Of a stretch of DNA of 64,000 nucleotides, positions 32,043 through 40,740 are shown in pieces; the stretch's first letter is position 1, and the number at the start of each line of letters is the position of its first letter. This stretch comes from an uncultured delta proteobacterium. Lineage in GTDB: Bacteria > Desulfobacterota > Desulfobacteria > Desulfobacterales > JAHEIW01. Position numbers and translations under genes: made by a program. The notes under the pieces are model-generated. The model made no database searches. It was given only the letters and a program-made list of their open reading frames with translations, and was not told the origin of the DNA. The stretch lies in contig CAVPNL010000004.1 of the NCBI GenBank assembly GCA_963706575.1, positions 192,001 through 256,000 of the forward strand, read 5' to 3'.

Positions 32043-33023
32043 TTGAACAATGACCATTTAAGTCGGCGTCAATTTATGACGCGCTCTGCCAAAGCCGGCG
32101 CATCCATTCTGGCCGCCTGCTCGATCAGTTACTGGTTTTATGACAGCGCCGGACCGGCCCGTTCAGCGCAGGACGTCTCCGGCGTTCAGATACCCGATTT
32201 TTCGATGCCCCAGCTGGGCCAGCGCATGAGCATTGTTCGCGGCAGCAGCCGATCTGAAACCCTGGAACTGGCTTTAAAATCCATCGGCGGCATGCAAACC
32301 TTTATCAAAAAGGGAGACCGGGTTCTGTTGAAGGTAAATGCGGCTTTCGCATCACCGCCCATGATTTGCGCAACAACTCATCCGGATATGGTTAGCGCGA
32401 TAACCCGTTTGTGCTTTAAAGCCGGTGCCGCATCGGTCATGGTAACCGACAACCCGATCAACGATCCGGCCAGTTGTTTTCGCTTGACCGGAATTGAGCA
32501 GGCCGCCCGGTCTGCCGGAGCAACCGTTACCTTCCCGCAAAAGGAATTTTTTAAACCTTTCAGCCTGGCGGAAGCGCAGCTGATTCGCAACTGGCCGGTC
32601 TTGTACGAACCCATAAGCCGGGTTGACAAAATCATCGGCACCGCGCCGGTCAAGGATCATCACCGCAGCGGCGCGTCCATGATCATGAAAAACTGGTATG
32701 GATTGCTGGGCGGGCGGCGCAATATTTTTCACCAGGATATTCACACGATCATCAAAGAACTGGCAATGATGATAAAGCCGACCCTGGTGGTCCTGGACGG
32801 CACCACCACCATGATGCGTAACGGCCCGACCGGGGGCTCGTTATCAGATCTGAAAGAAACCCAAACAATGATCGTCAGTACCGACCAGGTGGCAGCCGAT
32901 GCCTTCGGCGCCAGCCTGCTTGATAAAACCGTCGATGAGCTGGCCTTTATTAAAAAAGCAGAAGCGATGAAACTGGGCACCGCTGACTTTCAATCGCTGA
33001 ATCCGGTGATGGAGGCGATATGA
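32043..33023 (+). CDS. Tat-signal DUF362 family protein
   Basis: SRRQFM; GDRVLLKVN, TTHP, PVKDH, MKNWYG, NGPTGG, DQVAAD. Confidence 0.88.
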   Translation: MNNDHLSRRQFMTRSAKAGASILAACSISYWFYDSAGPARSAQDVSGVQIPDFSMPQLGQRMSIVRGSSRSETLELALKSIGGMQTFIKKGDRVLLKVNAAFASPPMICATTHPDMVSAITRLCFKAGAASVMVTDNPINDPASCFRLTGIEQAARSAGATVTFPQKEFFKPFSLAEAQLIRNWPVLYEPISRVDKIIGTAPVKDHHRSGASMIMKNWYGLLGGRRNIFHQDIHTIIKELAMMIKPTLVVLDGTTTMMRNGPTGGSLSDLKETQTMIVSTDQVAADAFGASLLDKTVDELAFIKKAEAMKLGTADFQSLNPVMEAI

Positions 33024-33027
33024 AAAA

Positions 33028-33250
33028 GGTTCAGGGTTCAAGGTTCAAAGGTTCGTATATTAAGTGTCAAGCAAGTTTTTTTTGTTTAATTGGTTTGATT
33101 GGTTCCATTAGTTCGATTGGTTAAGCTTTAACCAATAAAACCAATTAAACCAATTAAACTAATGCAACATTGCATTGTGCCTAACAAAACTCAAAAACCA
33201 GAACGATGAACCCTGAACCTTTGAATCTTGAACCTTTGAACCCTGAACCT
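33028..33250. repeat. nested inverted tandem repeats: outer 7-nt GGTTCA(A/G) / TGAACC(C/T) units, inner 9-nt TTGGTTTAA / AACCAATTA units
   Basis: ggttcagggttcaaggttcaaaggtt ... tgaaccctgaacctttgaatcttgaacctttgaaccctgaacct enclosing ttaattggtttgattggtt ... aaccaataaaaccaattaaaccaattaaac. Confidence 0.8.
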
Positions 33251-33301
33251 GCTGAAAATTTGCAATACTCTCATACCGCCGATACGAGACTGATACCGAC
33301 A

Positions 33302-35251
33302 ATGAACATCGTAACCACCCGCCGAATCTGCCAGATATTTTTTTTCATCCTTTTTTTGTGGTTTTGTCTGGCAACCATACTGGGAGAGCACTGGTGGCAG
33401 CTGCGGGGATGGCCCGTCAACTGGATCCTGCAGCTGGATCCGCTGGTGGGCCTGAGTACCCTACTCACCACCCGGACGCTTTATACCGGCCTTGTGTGGG
33501 GCCTTGCCACGGTGATCCTGACGATTGTGCTAGGCCGATTTTTCTGCGGCTGGTTGTGTCCGTTCGGGTCTCTTCATCAATTCGTCGGCTATCTTGCCAA
33601 GCGCAAACGCTCACTCAAGACCAAAATTGAGCTGAATCGATACCGTTCGGCGCAGTCGCTAAAATATTGGATCCTGGTCTTTGTGCTCACCATGGCCATC
33701 GCTGAACTGGCGATTGATGCGATCCGCCTGCCGCGCACCACACCACTGGGCTCCGCAGCGCTAATAGCGCTGGCTTTAACGACAGTCATCATCCTGGCCA
33801 TCCGGCAGACAGAACGTAATGCTAAAAAAGCCATCGTCGCCGTTCTGGCCGTCGCCGGCTGCTGGGTTTTAATTAGCTTTTTATTCTATGAGGACTGGCG
33901 ACCGGTGGCATCGCTCCAAATCGGGCTATTGGATCCCATCCCGCTGGTCTACCGTTCGGTCAATTTACTTATCCTGCCCCTTGTCGATCAAACAACCCTG
34001 ACGACCTCGAGCAGCCCGCGGCTTTATGCCGGCACCTGGCTGATCGCAGCCATCTTTGTGGTGTCTATCCTGTTGAACTTAATCTGGCCACGGTTCTACT
34101 GCCGCTTTGTCTGCCCCTTGGGAGCCCTTTTCGGGGTGCTGGGCCGCTTTGCCATCTGGCGCATCGGCAAAGCCAGAGAAGAATGCACCGACTGCCACCT
34201 GTGCGAAAAAAATTGTGAGGGCGCCTGTCAGCCAACCCGCCGGATTCGAATTGCGGAATGTGTTCTTTGCTTAAATTGTATGGACGACTGCCATCATGGC
34301 CTGATGGGTTATCATGCCGCACCGTCCGCCAGCGGCGAAATCCTTTCACCGGATCTGTCCCGGCGGGAATTTTTAACCGCAGCCGCCTCCGGAGCCGCTG
34401 CCATACCGCTGCTGCGGATCGGCGGCAACCCGGGGCCCAACTGGAATGCGCGCCTGGTACGCCCACCGGGCAGCCTGCCGGAACAGCAGTTTCTATCGCG
34501 CTGTATAAAATGCGGCCAATGCATGCGCATCTGCCCGACCAATGTAATCCACCCGGCCGGACTGACAGCCGGCCTGGAAGGTCTGTGGACACCGGTGCTC
34601 AATTTTAGAATCGGCACCAGCGGGTGTCAGCACAACTGTATCGCCTGCAGTCACCTTTGTCCGACAGCGGCGATTCGACCCATCAGCCTCGAGGAACGCC
34701 AGGGAATCGGACAGTATGTTGAACAGGGCCCCATAAAAATCGGCACTGCCTTTATCGATCGCGGTCGCTGCCTGCCCTGGGCCATGGACCGGCCGTGCAT
34801 CGTCTGTCAGGAAAATTGCCCGGTCAGCCCGAAAGCCATCTTCACCCGGGAGCTGTTCAATACTATACGCAGCCAGCATCCGCTGGTTGTTAAATCTGCC
34901 GATGCCACCCGCATCGAGTTTCAAACCGATGCCCTGGCTGCAAATCATTACGCCACCGGAGATTATTTTTGCGTCGTTCCGGGAAATCCGGGACGGCGAG
35001 GACGGCAAATCATCGCCAATACATCCCGCAGCCTGACGGTTGACAGTAAATTCCCGTTTGAAAAGCCGCCGCAGGCTCAGGATTCAGTGTCGATTCAGAT
35101 ACGGCTCCAGCAGCCCTATGTCGATCCCAAACGCTGCATTGGCTGCGGGGTTTGCGAACACGAATGCCCGGTTCGCGGCCAACGCGCCATCCGCGTCAGC
35201 GCTGAAAACGAGTCCCGGACCCGCCAGCATGCGTTGATTCTGCAAATCTAA
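33302..35251 (+). CDS. membrane polyferredoxin, NapH/MauN-like fused to NapG/MauM-like
   Basis: GRFFCGWLCPFG, RFYCRFVCPLG, several CxxCxxCxxxCP motifs, internal SRREFL and RPPG; start reset to MNIVTT. Confidence 0.88.
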   Translation: MNIVTTRRICQIFFFILFLWFCLATILGEHWWQLRGWPVNWILQLDPLVGLSTLLTTRTLYTGLVWGLATVILTIVLGRFFCGWLCPFGSLHQFVGYLAKRKRSLKTKIELNRYRSAQSLKYWILVFVLTMAIAELAIDAIRLPRTTPLGSAALIALALTTVIILAIRQTERNAKKAIVAVLAVAGCWVLISFLFYEDWRPVASLQIGLLDPIPLVYRSVNLLILPLVDQTTLTTSSSPRLYAGTWLIAAIFVVSILLNLIWPRFYCRFVCPLGALFGVLGRFAIWRIGKAREECTDCHLCEKNCEGACQPTRRIRIAECVLCLNCMDDCHHGLMGYHAAPSASGEILSPDLSRREFLTAAASGAAAIPLLRIGGNPGPNWNARLVRPPGSLPEQQFLSRCIKCGQCMRICPTNVIHPAGLTAGLEGLWTPVLNFRIGTSGCQHNCIACSHLCPTAAIRPISLEERQGIGQYVEQGPIKIGTAFIDRGRCLPWAMDRPCIVCQENCPVSPKAIFTRELFNTIRSQHPLVVKSADATRIEFQTDALAANHYATGDYFCVVPGNPGRRGRQIIANTSRSLTVDSKFPFEKPPQAQDSVSIQIRLQQPYVDPKRCIGCGVCEHECPVRGQRAIRVSAENESRTRQHALILQI

Positions 35252-35274
35252 CGATTCCTAAGGAGCAATCAGTT

Positions 35275-36480
35275 ATGATTCAAAAGCATTCAGGCTGGAC
35301 CCGCAGAGCATTTTTAAAAGCCGCCTGTGCCACGGGTGCGGCATCCGCTGTGTCGCTTCAAAATTTTCCGGCATCGGCATCCGATGAAGCGGTTGTCGTT
35401 CCGACCCGCCCTTTTGGCAAAACCGGAATCGAGGTCCCTGTTCTGGGCTTCGGCACCAGTTTGCATGTTGCCTTCAGCCAGTTGCTGCTCAAACAGGCCG
35501 TCAAATGGGGCGTCACCTACTGGGATACGGCAAATACGTATATGGGCGGCAATAGCGAAAAGGCAATCGGCAAATATTTCGCCAAATACCCTGAAGACCG
35601 CAAAAAAGTGTTTCTGGTGACAAAATCCCACGCCTGGACCACAAACGGTCTAACCCGTGACCTGAACCAGTCGCTCGAGCGTATGCAGACCGATTATATT
35701 GATCTGTACTTTACCCACGGTGTCTGGAGCGCTGACGAATTGGACGCAAAGACAAAGCGCTGGGCGGAGAAAGCCAAAGCAGAAGGCAAGATCCGTTTTT
35801 TTGGCTTCAGCACCCACAGCAATATGGAAGAATGCCTGCTGGAAGCTGCCGGTCTCGGCTGGATCGACGGCATTATGATGACTTACAATTATCGGCTGAT
35901 GCATTCAGATGACATGCGGCGTGCAGTGGATGCCTGCGTCAAGGCCGGCATCGGCTTAACCGCCATGAAAACCCAGGGCGGTGGTCAGGTCAAAACCGAC
36001 ACCGCAACCGAGCTTGAGCTGGCCGGTCGCTTTTTGCAAAAAGGCTTCACCGACGGCCAGGCCAAACTCAAGGCGGTCTGGCAAGACCCGCGGATCGCCA
36101 GCATTTGTTCGGAAATGCCCAATATGACTCTTTTGATGTCCAACGTTGCCGCCGCCGTGGATAAAACCGCGCTGTCCGCTCAGGACAGGCAAATACTGCG
36201 CAAATACGCGCAGGAGACGCGTTCAGATTACTGCGCAGGCTGCAGCAAAATTTGCGAGCCAGCCGTAGCGGCTGAAGTCCCCATCGGCGATGCCATGCGT
36301 TACCTGATGTATGCGCGCAGCTATGGCAATCACAAGAAAGCCAGCGATCGTTTTAAAAGAATCCCGCAAAAGATTCGCGAACAGATGATTCATCTTGATT
36401 ACACTTCTGCGGAACAAAATTGCCCCCGTAAAATTGCGATCGGCAAGCTTATACGTGCGGCAATAAAAGAATTGTCATAA
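35275..36480 (+). CDS. Tat-signal aldo/keto reductase with C-terminal Fe-S motif (paralogue 1)
   Basis: TRRAFLK...ASA; RPFGKTG, WDTANTY, LVTK, DYIDLYFTH, GFSTH; CAGCSKIC...CP. Confidence 0.9.
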   Translation: MIQKHSGWTRRAFLKAACATGAASAVSLQNFPASASDEAVVVPTRPFGKTGIEVPVLGFGTSLHVAFSQLLLKQAVKWGVTYWDTANTYMGGNSEKAIGKYFAKYPEDRKKVFLVTKSHAWTTNGLTRDLNQSLERMQTDYIDLYFTHGVWSADELDAKTKRWAEKAKAEGKIRFFGFSTHSNMEECLLEAAGLGWIDGIMMTYNYRLMHSDDMRRAVDACVKAGIGLTAMKTQGGGQVKTDTATELELAGRFLQKGFTDGQAKLKAVWQDPRIASICSEMPNMTLLMSNVAAAVDKTALSAQDRQILRKYAQETRSDYCAGCSKICEPAVAAEVPIGDAMRYLMYARSYGNHKKASDRFKRIPQKIREQMIHLDYTSAEQNCPRKIAIGKLIRAAIKELS

Positions 36481-36751
36481 AGCTATCTCAATAATAGCGA
36501 TTTATTTTCGAAGACAGAAAATAAGTTCCACAGGTGCTCTAATGTTATAAGTGCCTAAAATGACTAAAATGAGCTAAAATGACTAAAGTTAAGGTTTCGC
36601 TCGCGCTCCATCTTTTATTATAGATACGATAGAATTCCTCCATTTTAGGCATTTTAGATCATTTCTAATTTTAGCTCATTTGTTGTTATAAGCACGTTTT
36701 ATTTGGTTTAGAACTTTAACATCGGACGTTAGATGGATTTTTGAGATGGGT
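36481..36751. repeat. element with ATCTCAA/TTGAGAT ends enclosing a CTAAAATGA-unit palindrome (36549-36681)
   Basis: agctatctcaa ... ttgagatgggt; inner core matches 53568-53637. Confidence 0.7.
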
Positions 36752-36803
36752 AAAACCGATCTCGACCAACAAAAGAAATAATCTTCAAAGGAGAATACAG
36801 CAG

Positions 36804-38012
36804 ATGTCTAAAAAGGAGACTCGATGGTCCCGCAGAAGCTTTTTAAAGACCACCGGGATGGCAGGCCTCGGATCCATAATTGCCCCTATGGCCGGCTTGG
36901 CCCGTGCTTCTGACAGGGCCTCGGTGGTGCCCACCCGGCCTTTCGGGAAGACCGGCGCGAACGTTTCGATTCTGTCCCTTGGGGGCATGTTTGATATTGC
37001 TTCGAATCAACTTTTAATGAAACAGGCGATGAATTGGGGCGTAACCTATTGGGACACAGCTGATTGCTATCAAAGGGGCAGTGAAAAAGGCGTTGGCAAA
37101 TTTTTCAGCCGCCAGCCCGATGCCCGCAAAAAGATCTTTCTTGTGAGCAAGTCCGACGCACGCGACCCGGATAGAATGACACGGCTATTAAATCGATCCC
37201 TGGATCGCATGAAAACGGATTATATCGACCTTTATTTTGTTCATGGAATCTATCGTATTGATGAGTTGGATGGCCGGACAAAAGCCTGGGCCGAAAAAGC
37301 TAAAGCCGCCGGCAAGATTCGATTTTTTGGATTCAGCACCCACAGCAACATGGAAGAATGTCTGCTGGACGGTGCCAGGCTGGGTTGGATCGACGGCATT
37401 ATGATGACCTACAATTATCGACTGATGCATTCAGATGACATGCGCCGTGCAGTCGATGCCTGTGTCAAGGCCGGCATCGGCCTGACGGCCATGAAAACCC
37501 AGGGTGGCGGTCAGGTCAGAACCAATTCGGAAACCGAGCTCAAGCTGGCCGGTCGATTTCTAGAAAAAGGTTTCACCGACGCCCAGGCCAAATTAAAAGC
37601 GGTGTGGCAAAACCCGCAAATTTCGAGTATCTGCTCGCAAATGCCGAATATGACCATCCTGATGTCCAATGTGGCCGCCGCCCTGGACAAAACCCAACTT
37701 TCCGCTAGGGATACATCATTGCTGCAGCAGTATGCCAAAGAAACCCGTTCGGCTTACTGCACCGGATGCACCGATATCTGTGAATCGTGCGTGGAGGGAG
37801 AAGCGCCCATCGGCGATGTAATGCGTTATCTGATGTACTGCAACAGCTATGATGACTATGAGCTGGCCTCAGCCGGGTTCAAAAAAATTCCACAAAAAAT
37901 CCGAACACGACTGACCCATCTGGATTATTCAATGGCAGAACGCAAATGCCCCCAGGGGCTGCCCATTGCAACGCTGATGCAGGAAGCCAAAAAGAAATTG
38001 GAAACTTCTTAA
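36804..38012 (+). CDS. Tat-signal aldo/keto reductase with C-terminal Fe-S motif (paralogue 2)
   Basis: SRRSFLK...ARA; WDTADCY, DYIDLYFVH, GFSTH; CTGCTDIC...CP; start reset to MSKKET after AAGGAG. Confidence 0.9.
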   Translation: MSKKETRWSRRSFLKTTGMAGLGSIIAPMAGLARASDRASVVPTRPFGKTGANVSILSLGGMFDIASNQLLMKQAMNWGVTYWDTADCYQRGSEKGVGKFFSRQPDARKKIFLVSKSDARDPDRMTRLLNRSLDRMKTDYIDLYFVHGIYRIDELDGRTKAWAEKAKAAGKIRFFGFSTHSNMEECLLDGARLGWIDGIMMTYNYRLMHSDDMRRAVDACVKAGIGLTAMKTQGGGQVRTNSETELKLAGRFLEKGFTDAQAKLKAVWQNPQISSICSQMPNMTILMSNVAAALDKTQLSARDTSLLQQYAKETRSAYCTGCTDICESCVEGEAPIGDVMRYLMYCNSYDDYELASAGFKKIPQKIRTRLTHLDYSMAERKCPQGLPIATLMQEAKKKLETS

Positions 38013-38068
38013 CTTTGTGTCCTTCGTGACCTTCGTGGTAAAATTATCTAGCGAGGAAATGTTGACCC

Positions 38069-39049
38069 TCACGTTTTATAGGTTTTCAGCATGTCCTGCG
38101 CTTCTGATATCATTTCATCCCGCAAGGCTGCCGGTGCCAGAACCTCAGCCTTGGATCCCCAGGTCATCAGCCAAAATTTAATTTCGTCGGTTCCGGCCAC
38201 CCGCGCTTCAAAAATAAGGGACCCGTCCTTCTGGGGTTCAATTTTCTGGGTCTTGTGCCAGATTTTTTCGTTGATGTATCCGGCGACTTCAGGCGCAAAC
38301 CGGATTCTGACGTTTTGCGGCTTGCCGTGAAATACGCCGAAGCTGGTCTGCATAAAATCTTCGACCTTAAAATCTTCCGGCATTTCAAATGTTTCATCCG
38401 TTAACTTTAACGATTTGATGCGGTCCAGGGCAAAAATCCGGATGTCTTCCCGCAACCCGCAATTTCCAACCAGGTAAAACGCTCCGTCAAAAAACCAGAT
38501 TTTGTACGGGGCGACTTTGCGCCGCGTCTTTTCTTTGCGGCTCATGGTAAAATATTCGATTTCGATAATTTTGCGACGGATGGTGGCTTCACTGACCCTG
38601 TCGATTGATTCCCGCAATTGGCCATATTGTTTATACGGCTTGGAGCCGACCTCAAAGCTTTCCTCTATCCGGTCGAGATATTGGGTTGTTTCAGCCGGCA
38701 GGGTCGCTTTTATTTTCCGGAAAAACGATTCCAGAGATTCATAAAATACCGTATCTTTTAAAACCGTCATCAATCCCCGGCTGAAATAAAGCGCCATCAA
38801 TTCAGTCAGGTTAAGGGGAATGGGGATGTTGTGCCGGGCGCTGTCGAGAACGGACCACAGATTTTTGCCATCTATGCGGTCGGTAAAAATCGGAAAGCCG
38901 GCCAGCTGTAAGGCCTCCAGATCCCGATATACCGTGCGCCAGTGATATTCAAGCTCCCGGGCCAAATCAGCGGCTGACTTGCCTCTGCGTGAAGCAATTA
39001 AGCTTTGCAAAATCCGCCACTGCCGGGCCAGTTGATCTCCCCGTGCCAT
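38069..39049 (-). CDS. HTH-WYL-WCX transcriptional regulator (PafB/PafC/YafY-like)
   Basis: RTVYRDLEALQLAGFPI HTH; RKVAPY, FYLVG, RIFALDRI WYL motifs; WLMTWGSKAEVLAP WCX; start MARGDQ after GGAGG. Confidence 0.92.
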   Translation of the reverse strand: MARGDQLARQWRILQSLIASRRGKSAADLARELEYHWRTVYRDLEALQLAGFPIFTDRIDGKNLWSVLDSARHNIPIPLNLTELMALYFSRGLMTVLKDTVFYESLESFFRKIKATLPAETTQYLDRIEESFEVGSKPYKQYGQLRESIDRVSEATIRRKIIEIEYFTMSRKEKTRRKVAPYKIWFFDGAFYLVGNCGLREDIRIFALDRIKSLKLTDETFEMPEDFKVEDFMQTSFGVFHGKPQNVRIRFAPEVAGYINEKIWHKTQKIEPQKDGSLIFEARVAGTDEIKFWLMTWGSKAEVLAPAALRDEMISEAQDMLKTYKT

Positions 39050-39167
39050 AAACGTCCTCCCACTGCACAAATCGTTAACAAAATTATAATCTGTCTTTAA
39101 ACATGATGTTGTCAACAGTTAAACTTCCAACCAGGCCGTTGGTCAAGTTTCTATAAAAAAAATTTTG

Positions 39168-39309
39168 AACCCATCTGAAAAATAGGATTTTGGTTCAAGA
39201 TCGCGGCGGGGCCTCGTTTAAAACCGGAGGTATACTGTTGTATGTCGAGGATTTTAAACGAGGCTCCAACAAAGATATTGGGCCAAAAGACATTTTTGAG
39301 ATGGGTTCA
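39168..39309. mobile_element. MITE-like palindromic element
   Basis: ends GAACCCATCTGAAAAAT / ATTTTTGAGATGGGTTC; inner arms GCCTCGTTTAAAA / TTTTAAACGAGGC; second copy at 24985-25185. Confidence 0.75.
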
Positions 39310-39323
39310 ATTTTTTTTCAGCA

Positions 39324-39358
39324 GTTTGTCCGGATCTGACAAACCACCATGCTAATGT
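39324..39358 (+). promoter_or_regulatory. palindromic operator plus extended -10, candidate WYL target promoter
   Basis: GTTTGTC-N7-GACAAAC followed by TG-C-TAATGT. Confidence 0.5.
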
Positions 39359-39434
39359 TGAACACAAAAATGAAATATTTCTAATGATTTCCATCAAAAG
39401 AAAACCGCTAAACGAAAAAAAAGGGGGTGCAAAA

Positions 39435-39623
39435 ATGACAAAACATATTTTCAACCCGGATTATCATGATTGTTACGAATACCATGGAAACACGACAATC
39501 GAGCTTACCCGCAGACAGGGCGAAATTACCTTATGGCGGGATTGGATCACCTTCGATACGGTCCAGGAAGCAGCCGACTATTTTAATGAGCACTGCAGCA
39601 GCTATGAATATGCCGGTTCCTGA
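39435..39623 (+). CDS. 62-aa hypothetical protein
   Basis: AAGGGGG RBS; MTKHIFNPDYHDCYEYHGNTTIELTRRQGEITLWRDWITFDTVQEAADYFNEHC looks globular. Confidence 0.65.
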   Translation: MTKHIFNPDYHDCYEYHGNTTIELTRRQGEITLWRDWITFDTVQEAADYFNEHCSSYEYAGS

Positions 39624-39748
39624 AATTCAGCAGGTGCTTTGTGCCGGTCGGATAATAATACGGTTTTCTCTAAAGAATTTGGGGCTTAAGATCCACTCGT
39701 GAAGGAAGGTTATCAAGAAGTAAGGGGCATATTTTTAAAATTAGGCAC

Positions 39749-39950
39749 TAAAACCGGTTTCAAAACCTTTAGATTTTGGCTGAGGGCAAGGCGCCGATTC
39801 GATTCAAAACCGGAGCGTACTCGATAGTACGTGAGTATTTTGAATCGAATTGACGAGCTCCTTAATATTCATAAAAACAGATGTGAGATCCCGCTTTGGC
39901 GGGGCAACATAGCCCTCGGGCAAAAGATGAGGGTTTTGAAATCGGTTTTA
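39749..39950. repeat. long palindromic element related in its core to 39168-39309
   Basis: ends TAAAACCGGTTTCAAAACC / GGTTTTGAAATCGGTTTTA; core AAAACCGGAGCGTAC..GTACGTGAGTATTTT. Confidence 0.75.
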
Positions 39951-40430
39951 TTCTTCTTTCGGGTGACATTGTATACAGCCGGTTGGACCGGTGATCGGCA
40001 ATGGGCCATCAAGTTTTTTGCCTGAAGTTTCGATTTTTCTATTTTTAAGCTTCATGATCTTGTGGCACCCGATACATAGTTCATGATAGGCCTTTTTAAA
40101 ATATTTAATTTCCTCAGACCTAAGGGGGGTCCCCTGCTTGGATTTAGTCGCCGCTACCTTCACATCATGACAGCCGGATGTCATACACCCCTTTATTTGG
40201 GTGGTGCCCTCCCATTTGTGATGGCAGGTCTGGCATTCGAACCCAAAATGTCGGGGATGCGGAAATTCCACAGAGACTCTTTTTTGTTCCACCCCATCGG
40301 GAGCACCGAGCTCGATGGTTCCCATCGGGACACACATGTCCTCAACGTCTTCCTCACCGGAAACAGCCGGCACCGATCCGCAAATTATGGCAATCACAAA
40401 ACACACCCCTAAAATAACCACCTTCTGCAT
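39948..40430 (-). CDS. tetrahaem cytochrome c3 (class III) family protein
   Basis: signal peptide; FPHPRH, CQTCHH, CMTSGCH, CIGCH, CIQCH. Confidence 0.92.
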   Translation of the reverse strand: MQKVVILGVCFVIAIICGSVPAVSGEEDVEDMCVPMGTIELGAPDGVEQKRVSVEFPHPRHFGFECQTCHHKWEGTTQIKGCMTSGCHDVKVAATKSKQGTPLRSEEIKYFKKAYHELCIGCHKIMKLKNRKIETSGKKLDGPLPITGPTGCIQCHPKEE

Positions 40431-40740
40431 AGCCAACTCCCTTTCAAGATAAGATAAATTTAATTTCACGTGTTATGGGTGGCGCAATATATATACCCAG
40501 AAAAAATACATTTTTGCGGTTTAAAATTAAAAAGGAATTAATGCTCTATAAATAAAAAAATTTCAACCCTAAATTTAACTTTTGCAAAAAGAGAGAAAAA
40601 TTTGACAATTTAGAGGTAAATAGGGTATAAAATAGCTAGAATTATTAGAAATTCTCACCGGAAGCAGCCTCAAAAATGACAGATCACCGTTTAATAAACC
40701 TTCATTAAAACTTTTTTATACTATTCATCAAGGAGGTTTC

